In this document: positions 25,368 to 32,000 of the stretch, piece by piece
How positions within the stretch are numbered: the stretch's first letter is position 1
How the letters are laid out: each line of letters begins with the position of its first letter
NCBI RefSeq assembly: GCF_008000775.2
Contig: NZ_CP042905.2
Location: 2,970,001-3,002,000 of the forward strand
Source of the DNA: Promethearchaeum syntrophicum
Lineage (GTDB): Archaea > Asgardarchaeota > Lokiarchaeia > Sigyniarchaeales > Promethearchaeaceae
Direction: 5' to 3'
Length of the DNA stretch: 32,000 nucleotides
Program-made: the position numbers and the translations under genes
The notes under the pieces: generated by a model
Databases searched by the model: none
Told to the model about the DNA's origin: nothing
The model's input: the letters and a program-made list of their open reading frames with translations, nothing else

Positions 25368-25901
25368 TCAGTGATTAAGGTCCGGTACATGAAATACATC
25401 AAGGTAGGGTTCTTTAAACGAAAATACGGTTAAAAGTAAAATTGTTAACATAAAAAGCCCTAAAATCAACCCGAACGATTTCTTATTGAATTGAATGATG
25501 ACATTGTTTTCGATACCAATTGCTATTAATGCGATGATTATCAAAACGATAAATGAATAAATCAATTCTACTGCTAGAGGTTCGATGTGGGGTAAAAACA
25601 TTGGACCAATGTACCATACAAGAATTTCTAACCAAGGAATAAGTAATGTTGTAAAAAGCCGCATAGTCCAGTAATCTTTTCCTAATTCTTCTTTTTTCCT
25701 GAAGACGGCATATTCAATTAAAACTGTAAAGAAATAAGCCCAAAAAGCTAGTTTCATGTGTTGTAAGACAGATTCACTTGTCCCCGCAAAGATTCCGACT
25801 GGAAAGTACGGAAGCCATTCGTAGAGAAAGTGGAGTAGTGAGAAAAATACAAGGTAAATTACTACCTTTGCAAATGTCCATTTTTTATCGAAGCGATTCA
25901 T
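25368..25901 (-). CDS. polytopic membrane protein (possibly DUF6512-like)
   Basis: Five or six hydrophobic segments. The motif TSESVLQHMKLAFWAYF recalls the NESvWEHxKL motif I associate with DUF6512. This is from memory and unverified. Confidence 0.55.
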   Translation of the reverse strand: MNRFDKKWTFAKVVIYLVFFSLLHFLYEWLPYFPVGIFAGTSESVLQHMKLAFWAYFFTVLIEYAVFRKKEELGKDYWTMRLFTTLLIPWLEILVWYIGPMFLPHIEPLAVELIYSFIVLIIIALIAIGIENNVIIQFNKKSFGLILGLFMLTILLLTVFSFKEPYLDVFHVPDLNH

Positions 25902-26078
25902 TTTTTCACCTTTTTTATTTAATAAAGATAATAAAATATCGGTGTGGAAAATTTAGAAGATATCGATTATAATAAATAGTAAAAAAGTGATTCTATCTTA
26001 TGAGTTCGCGCACTCGGGTTATAATTACATAAATTTCCAAACTATAAAAAAAGAAGGTATCATTGGGATTGATTTCAA

Positions 26079-26690
26079 TTACATTCCGGTGGTTTCCACT
26101 TGTTTTTGATTATTTTTTTTCGCAATTATTGTTAATACTAATAGCAATACCCAACCAATACCCATAACCGAATATTCAAAAGCAACCAGAATCCACTTAA
26201 ATACACTCGTGACAGATAGAAAATTCAATAGGGTTAAGTTGAAATTTGAGGGATTGGTATATATTAAAATCATAAAAAGATTTTCCAAAGCATCAAACGT
26301 ACGAGAAAAAATAGTCAGAACCAACCCGATTTTTGGAATAATTTGTATATTGCCCTTATTCTTAAGGAATTTCAGCAAAAGCGCATTCAGTGAAAAAAAC
26401 AGTAAAACTCCAGTCAAAATAAATAGGTAGTCAAAGATATAGAGCCGATTCACGAATGGAATCACTGACTGCCATGCCCCCACAATAACTTCAACTTCAT
26501 TTCGAGTTGCAGCATTTTGTAAATCTGCTGTAGAATAACCACTCTGCTCTATCTGCTGAGACATGTTTGTAAATCCAAAAATAATGATGCAGGAATAACT
26601 TACAAAGAATAATAATGTTAAAAATAATTGAAATCTAAGAGATTTTGCAATAGCGTACTTTTCAAATTTCTTAAAATTTAGGAACTTCAT
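26079..26690 (-). CDS. membrane protein, unknown family
   Basis: 203 aa with four or five hydrophobic segments. No motif recognised. Confidence 0.55.
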   Translation of the reverse strand: MKFLNFKKFEKYAIAKSLRFQLFLTLLFFVSYSCIIIFGFTNMSQQIEQSGYSTADLQNAATRNEVEVIVGAWQSVIPFVNRLYIFDYLFILTGVLLFFSLNALLLKFLKNKGNIQIIPKIGLVLTIFSRTFDALENLFMILIYTNPSNFNLTLLNFLSVTSVFKWILVAFEYSVMGIGWVLLLVLTIIAKKNNQKQVETTGM

Positions 26691-26830
26691 ACATATATAG
26701 CAACCAATAAGCTATTAAATTCTTATTCCACAATTTTTCTTAATTGACGCTAACTTAATATTGAGAAGGTAGGTTAATAATCTTTAAATTAGGAGTTTAA
26801 TCATTTGAAGCCCATATAATGAAGAAAAGA

Positions 26831-26902
26831 TGCGTTCACCGGGAATTGAACCCGGGTCCCCGGGTTGGAAACCCGAGATGCTAACCTCTACACAATGAAC
26901 GC
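26831..26902 (-). tRNA. tRNA-Gly (anticodon UCC)
   Basis: The reverse complement folds as a 72-nt cloverleaf. The acceptor stem GCGUUCA/UGAACGC is perfectly paired. The D arm is GUGU/GCAU. The anticodon stem UCGGG/CCCGG carries loop UUUCCAA, giving anticodon UCC. The T arm CCGGG/CCCGG has loop UUCAAUU. The discriminator is A. No CCA is encoded and there is no intron. It forms a GC-rich island in AT-rich DNA. Confidence 0.9.
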
Positions 26903-27082
26903 AAATGAAGAATTAGTAATTTCTAAAAATTAATTCTATGAAATTTTCGATTAATTAAAAAATTTATGTTATGTTTACTACGGATTTTAATCAAGACAGT
27001 GGTTTTTATATAATCGGAACAATTCGCTACGATCACAATTTATTTATAATTCTTTAAACAACTGAATATCAAATTCAGAAAA

Positions 27083-28489
27083 ATGAGTATCATGGAAAAT
27101 TCAGAAAAAAAACTGGAAAAATCGAATTTTAAGCATTATATCTCGTATGGATTTGCTCAATTTTCAGATATTATTGCCTATCAATCATTTACGCTTTTAA
27201 TATTTACTTTTTATTACACAAATGTAGAGTTAGATGTCTCTCTTATAACCTTGGGTTTTATTATTTGGAGTATTTGGAATAGCTTTAATGACCCGTTAAT
27301 GGGTTATATCTCCGATAAAACTCACACAAAATGGGGCAGACGTAGACCTTATATTATCTTTTCAATAATTCCGCTTGCAGTCGTTATGGTATTACTCTTT
27401 ACCCCACCGATGGGAGCGGGAGATACAATTAAATTGGTATATTTCATAATCATTATTTGTATTTTTGATGTGTTTTATACGATGTATAATTTGAATCAAA
27501 CTTGTCTCTTTCCAGAAATCTTTATTGATCCACAAGAGCGAGTGAAAGCGATGAATGTGAAGCAAATAATTGGAATAATCGGGTTACTTGTTGCCTTTTT
27601 ATTACCTTCATTTATAATCGAAGATCTAACTGATCCAGCATCATTTCCTCTTTATAGATATGTTGGTCTGATAATCGGAATAATTGTAATTATTGGGGCA
27701 ACGATTTTCCTTATATGGGGGCCAAGAGAACGCTTGGAATTCAGTAAAGATCATGAAAAAGCCCCCTCCTTCTTTAAATCCTTAAAAATAGCTATGAAAA
27801 ACAAATCTTTTATGTGGTTTATCGTTGTAGAAGTATCAAATTGGTATGTATTTGGGATGTTGCCTACTATAGTCCCGATTTATGGTAAATTTGTTTTGAA
27901 TATTACAGATTCTTTTCAATTGAGTCTTCTTTTGGGAGAAACATTTATTTGTGGGGCTCTTTTCATTAGCGTGTGGAAATGGGTTGTATCAAAGTTAGGT
28001 CCTAGAAAAACATGGATAATATCCCAATTAACTTGGATTATATCATTAATACCTTTATTTTTTATTAGCACACCAACTCAAGGGTTCATATTCTTTGCAT
28101 TTATCGGGATAGGATTATCAGGATCGATGTTAAATATTGATTTGATTCTTGGTGATGTGGTAGATGAGGATGAATTTGATACAGGAGCACGCAATGAAGG
28201 AGGTTATTGGGGTGTTACGGCCTTTTTCATGCGCCTATCTACAATACTTGTCTTTATTTCTATAAATACTATTCTTGAAAGCGTAGGATGGAAGGTATAC
28301 GATCCTGAAACTGCAGATGAAGGAGTCATTACTGGTTTACGAATCTTGATATCCCTCTTACCTTCAATATTCTTAGGTATTGGTATGTTGGGGATGTTTT
28401 TTTATCCCCTACATGGGAAAAGATTAGCTGAAGTAAGAAACGGGTTGGAGAAAATACATTTAGATAAGAAATCAAAAACTGGGATGTAA
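27083..28489 (+). CDS. GPH-family (MelB/YicJ-like) glycoside-pentoside-hexuronide:cation symporter, MFS superfamily
   Basis: NDPLMGYISDKTHTKWGRRRPYI is the GPH loop 2-3 signature. About 12 TM segments. ATG 27092 is an alternative start. Confidence 0.75.
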   Translation: MSIMENSEKKLEKSNFKHYISYGFAQFSDIIAYQSFTLLIFTFYYTNVELDVSLITLGFIIWSIWNSFNDPLMGYISDKTHTKWGRRRPYIIFSIIPLAVVMVLLFTPPMGAGDTIKLVYFIIIICIFDVFYTMYNLNQTCLFPEIFIDPQERVKAMNVKQIIGIIGLLVAFLLPSFIIEDLTDPASFPLYRYVGLIIGIIVIIGATIFLIWGPRERLEFSKDHEKAPSFFKSLKIAMKNKSFMWFIVVEVSNWYVFGMLPTIVPIYGKFVLNITDSFQLSLLLGETFICGALFISVWKWVVSKLGPRKTWIISQLTWIISLIPLFFISTPTQGFIFFAFIGIGLSGSMLNIDLILGDVVDEDEFDTGARNEGGYWGVTAFFMRLSTILVFISINTILESVGWKVYDPETADEGVITGLRILISLLPSIFLGIGMLGMFFYPLHGKRLAEVRNGLEKIHLDKKSKTGM

Positions 28490-28737
28490 ATTCATCCCTT
28501 TAAAATGTAAAATTTTATGCAAAATTTCTATCAAAAATGAGTGTATATAGAAAAAAATTTTAGTTTTTTAATGAAAAGGAAAAATTTTTAGAAGAAAAAA
28601 GACGTTTTTTTTGCATAATGAGTAAATACTGGCAGCCAATCTTATTAAAAACATCTGCAATATTAACTATTTTTTAAAAAAACTGTAAAAATAGCATTAA
28701 AATACTCGAGTCCTAAAAAATAAATAAGGTTATCTAA

Positions 28738-30909
28738 ATGACTAAATATTTTGATGATGTTGAAGAAGCCGTAGATGCTTTAATTAAAAAAGTAGGGAAT
28801 AGAATTTCAATTGTAATGGATGTTGGGAATGGAAAATTGAATCACTATATCAATGCTTTAATAAACCGTGGAAAGAAAGATCCGAATCTTGATATTTCGA
28901 TAATATCTGCACTCCCTCCTGAAGTTCCATCCGGAAAAAGTGATCTTGAAAAGAGATTTTATAAACTTCTTGCAAAACGCATATGGAAAGATTATCCTAC
29001 ACATGAATATTTCAAATTGGTGAGAAACAAAACCCTCCCTTCCAATATTCATATTTATGAGATGTATGTGAAGTCTGGAGCTATTTTAAATGAACCTAAG
29101 ATGCAGCAAAATTATTGTAATTTCCATTATACCTTAATCGCCCGCGATTTACTAGTGCGTGGGGTTAATGTTGCTGCAGGTTTATTTGCAAAACGAATAA
29201 TGGATGATGGGGAAATTATAATAAGTGGAGGTTCAAATACAGGTTTAGTATTTGATGTAGCAAATACCTTAAGAAAGTTGGGAAAAGAGGGAGAAAAAAC
29301 AGCAGTTATTGGCGAAATTACGAGTGGCATGCCGTTCATGTATGGAGATGAGACAAAAAATCAGGAAGATCTAATAGAATTTATGTTAGATGCACCTAAA
29401 TATGATTTCAATTTGTTTTCAGTTCCGAAACCTTCAGTATCAATGATAAATCACATCATAGGATTTTATTCAAGTACATTACTCAAAGATGGTGGTACTA
29501 TTCAAATAGGAATTGGTGCAATGGCAGATGGAATCGTGAATAGTATCATTATGCGCCATGATAGAAATGAGGAATATAAGGAAATTCTCAATAAAATTGG
29601 AATTATGGATAATTTTGGGGAAGTAATATCAAAATGGGGAGGAACTGGAACATTCAAAGAAGGATTCCATGCAAATTCAGAAATGTTAGTAGAACCATTT
29701 TTAACTATGCTAAAGAAGAAAATTCTAAAAAGGAAAATTTATGATCATTGGGGGATTCAATCCTTAGTAAATGATAAGAAGATTAAGGATGAAATTTTGC
29801 CAAACAACATCCTCGAATTACTACTCGGCTTAGGTGCAATTCAGAAAGTATTAACTCAAGAAGACTTTGATAATTTGCAGTACTATGGGATATTTAAAGA
29901 AGGTTTAGCATATACCGAATATGACCTTCTCAATAATGATAAAAAATATTCGACCGATCTGAGAGATAAATCCAATCTTGACCTTATACAGAAGGAGTGT
30001 GTGGGAAAAGAGTTAAAAAATGGGTATATTGTTGGAGCTTCGTTCTTTTTAGGTTCTTCAGAATTCTATAATAATTTAATTGCTATGGATGAAGAAGAAC
30101 GTAAATTAATTAGAATGAATTCCGTCCTTAAAATTAATCAGCTCTATGGCGGGGAAAAATTAAGACGATTGCAACGAATAGAATCACGTTTCTTTAACTC
30201 GGGAATGTATGTGACCTTACTGGGGGCAGTTGCATCCTATCAATTGGAAGATGGTCGGGTAGTAAGTGGAATAGGAGGTCAATTTAATTTCGTTAATATG
30301 GCACAAGAATTACACAATGGAAGATCTATTATCTGTTGTAGTAGTACGCGAGGTTCTGGGAAAAAGACCAAATCTAATATTAAATTTTCCTATGGACATA
30401 CTTCAATTCCTAGATATCTTAAAGATATTGTAGTTACAGAGTACGGAATTGCAGATTTACGGGGTACTAGTGATGAAGATTGTATTAAAGAAATGCTAAA
30501 CATAACAGATTCGCGCTTTCAAGAATCTTTATTAAAAGAAGCGAAGAAAGCGAAAAAAATAAATAATGACTATAAGATTCCGGAGAAATTTAAAAATAAC
30601 ACCCCAAAAGGTCTGGTGGACAAATTTAGTTCTTTTAGCGAGAGGGGGTTGTTTAAAACATTTCCGTTCGGTCATGATTTCAATGAAGATGAACTCTCAA
30701 TAGCTGTTGCATTAAAAACCGTAAAAAATCATGCTGAAGCTCATAAATTGGATATAATTAAGACTTTAATCAAATCTCCTAATTCAAGAACTATAGAAAA
30801 AGCCCATCACTATTTGGAATTGTTAGAACTCGAAAATCCAGAAACCAGTCATGATAAAATTAGCCAGAAATTACTACTCAAAGGCTTGAAATTAACGGGA
30901 AAGATATAG
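28738..30909 (+). CDS. acetyl-CoA hydrolase/transferase-family protein, unusually long form (723 aa)
   Basis: GGTIQIGIGAMADGIV, HANSEMLVEPF (candidate catalytic Glu region) and VSGIGGQFNFVNMA (the GxGGQxxF motif of the C-terminal domain). Confidence 0.65.
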   Translation: MTKYFDDVEEAVDALIKKVGNRISIVMDVGNGKLNHYINALINRGKKDPNLDISIISALPPEVPSGKSDLEKRFYKLLAKRIWKDYPTHEYFKLVRNKTLPSNIHIYEMYVKSGAILNEPKMQQNYCNFHYTLIARDLLVRGVNVAAGLFAKRIMDDGEIIISGGSNTGLVFDVANTLRKLGKEGEKTAVIGEITSGMPFMYGDETKNQEDLIEFMLDAPKYDFNLFSVPKPSVSMINHIIGFYSSTLLKDGGTIQIGIGAMADGIVNSIIMRHDRNEEYKEILNKIGIMDNFGEVISKWGGTGTFKEGFHANSEMLVEPFLTMLKKKILKRKIYDHWGIQSLVNDKKIKDEILPNNILELLLGLGAIQKVLTQEDFDNLQYYGIFKEGLAYTEYDLLNNDKKYSTDLRDKSNLDLIQKECVGKELKNGYIVGASFFLGSSEFYNNLIAMDEEERKLIRMNSVLKINQLYGGEKLRRLQRIESRFFNSGMYVTLLGAVASYQLEDGRVVSGIGGQFNFVNMAQELHNGRSIICCSSTRGSGKKTKSNIKFSYGHTSIPRYLKDIVVTEYGIADLRGTSDEDCIKEMLNITDSRFQESLLKEAKKAKKINNDYKIPEKFKNNTPKGLVDKFSSFSERGLFKTFPFGHDFNEDELSIAVALKTVKNHAEAHKLDIIKTLIKSPNSRTIEKAHHYLELLELENPETSHDKISQKLLLKGLKLTGKI

Positions 30910-30916
30910 GAAGGTA

Positions 30917-30929
30917 TTTTTTTCTTTTT
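30917..30929 (+). terminator. poly-T terminator
   Basis: T7-C-T5 begins 8 nt after the stop, and a T12 run follows at about 30963-30974. Confidence 0.4.
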
Positions 30930-31501
30930 CAATTCAAATCAATAAAAATTGAAGAAGTTTTCTTTTTTTTTTTTGTAGAAATTTAATCACAATTGGTGAA
31001 ATAAAAAAACAAAATCGGATTATGATTTTCAGTAAATATTTTATAACGTAATTAATCCTATTGCATTTCTCTCTTATACAGCAGGGTTGTGTTCCCCAGA
31101 TTTTTCTTATATCTGCTAATTTAAGTTTCTTGCGATATTTCACTCTTAGAGTGACTTTTTCTGCTTTTAGCTTCTCAAATGTTTCTGATCTATAAGAATT
31201 TACCGTATCTTTTGAAAAAAGTTGTTTTCTGCGTATATAGAAGTTCGCCGCTGAAATTTTGTAAATTTTTTTTGATCAAAAGACGAAATATTACCAAATT
31301 ATTTATCTAGAAAACGATTTAAAAAAAAAATTTATAACCAATATTGATCAAACTCTTTTCAATGAATTAACAAAAAACACAATTAAAATACCAGATCGAT
31401 TATTAAGAATCAATGAAATCAAAATGAATTTCTACAATTCATGAATTCTTGTGTTCAATGTGAAATTCGTTCTGGTTAATGAAATTTAAGTTTTGATAAA
31501 A

Positions 31502-32000
31502 ATGGAGTATCTTAAAGCTGATATTGAATCTCTTGGTGAAAGAACCTCAGAAGAAATCATCAAAGATGAAGTATTAGATTTCATGAAAGCTTGTTATCAA
31601 TGTGGAACTTGTTCGGGTTCATGTCCCTCAGGACGTAGGACTGCGATAAGAACTCGTCAACTGATCAGAGAATCATTGCTAAATATAGAAAAAGTTCTTG
31701 CCGATCCAGATATATGGATGTGTACCACATGTTTCACTTGTTTTGAGCGATGTCCCAGATCACTCCCTACGACCAATATAATCCTCAAATTGCGTAATTT
31801 AGCATGTCAAAGAGGTTTTATGATGGCGTCCCATAAAAGCTTAACTCATATTTTATTTAAAACTGGTCATGGAGTCCCTTTAGGAGGAACAGATAATAAA
31901 TGGACACAAGCACGTGTTTCCTATGGATTACCAAAAATTCCCCCAACAACACATTCACATCCAGAAGCTGTAAAAGAAGTTGAATTATTAATGAAATCAA
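31502..32000 (+). CDS. hdrC: heterodisulfide reductase subunit C-like iron-sulfur protein, 3'-truncated by the window edge
   Basis: Not in the ORF track because it runs off the window. My translation is MEYLKADIESLG...ACYQCGTCSGSCPSGRR...IWMCTTCFTCFERCPRS... It has two CxxCxxCxxxCP [4Fe-4S] motifs with HdrC-like spacing, and the frame is open to base 32000. Confidence 0.75.
   Translation, partial: MEYLKADIESLGERTSEEIIKDEVLDFMKACYQCGTCSGSCPSGRRTAIRTRQLIRESLLNIEKVLADPDIWMCTTCFTCFERCPRSLPTTNIILKLRNLACQRGFMMASHKSLTHILFKTGHGVPLGGTDNKWTQARVSYGLPKIPPTTHSHPEAVKEVELLMKS

Noticed and set aside
24829-26430. Short ORFs 24829-25026 (-), 25778-25972 (+) and 26209-26430 (+)
   Set aside because: They overlap better-supported membrane-protein ORFs on the opposite strand.
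28858-29339. Minus-strand ORFs 28858-29052 and 29127-29339
   Set aside because: They are antisense to the CoA-transferase-family gene.
31441-31479. 12-codon ORF MNSCVQCEIRSG just upstream of hdrC (CxxC-containing)
   Set aside because: It is too short to support. It has no RBS or TATA context distinct from hdrC's own promoter region and is probably chance.
1-32000. CRISPR arrays, rRNA genes, IS elements or transposases, inteins
   Set aside because: None seen. There are no regularly spaced repeats beyond those reported, no transposase or integrase motifs, and no intein blocks in rad50 or the ATPases.

Overview
This is a strongly AT-rich (by eye roughly 70% A+T), gene-dense archaeal chromosome segment. 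Archaeal origin is supported by Mre11/Rad50, RNase P subunit Rpp21, Nep1 and HdrC. It is also supported by TATA-like boxes about 25-30 nt before several ATGs (leaderless-type starts), GGAGG-type sites before operon-internal genes, and poly-T terminators. The N/K/I-rich proteins, lysine-rich tails and heterotroph-type genes fit a mesophilic Asgard-like (Loki-type) archaeon, but that is a guess.

Gene content, left to right:
- mre11 (cut by the window edge) and rad50
- two paralogous small proteins, then two highly similar tandem membrane-protein genes
- a convergent ArsR-type regulator
- a signal-peptide DJ-1/PfpI-like protein, a membrane-anchored MBL hydrolase and an acyltransferase-3 protein
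- an RNA-processing trio: YhbY/CRM, rnp4 and nep1
- DUF302 plus a persulfide-dioxygenase/rhodanese fusion
- a Gfo/Idh/MocA oxidoreductase
- a tight minus-strand operon: MoxR AAA+ ATPase, an 858-aa protein with a C-terminal vWA domain, and a 750-aa SWIM-zinc-finger protein
- an ABC-2 exporter pair
- an orphan 505-aa protein with an HxE...PCxxC deaminase signature
- a 517-nt intergenic region with direct repeats
- three small membrane proteins and tRNA-Gly(UCC)
- a GPH-family transporter and a long acetyl-CoA hydrolase/transferase-family protein
- the 5' part of hdrC

No CRISPR array, rRNA, transposase or integrase was seen. The two best candidates for something undescribed are the MoxR-vWA-SWIM operon (15156-20973) and the orphan deaminase-like gene with its repeat-bearing upstream region (22828-24680). 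All family calls rest on motifs read by eye; no searches were run.
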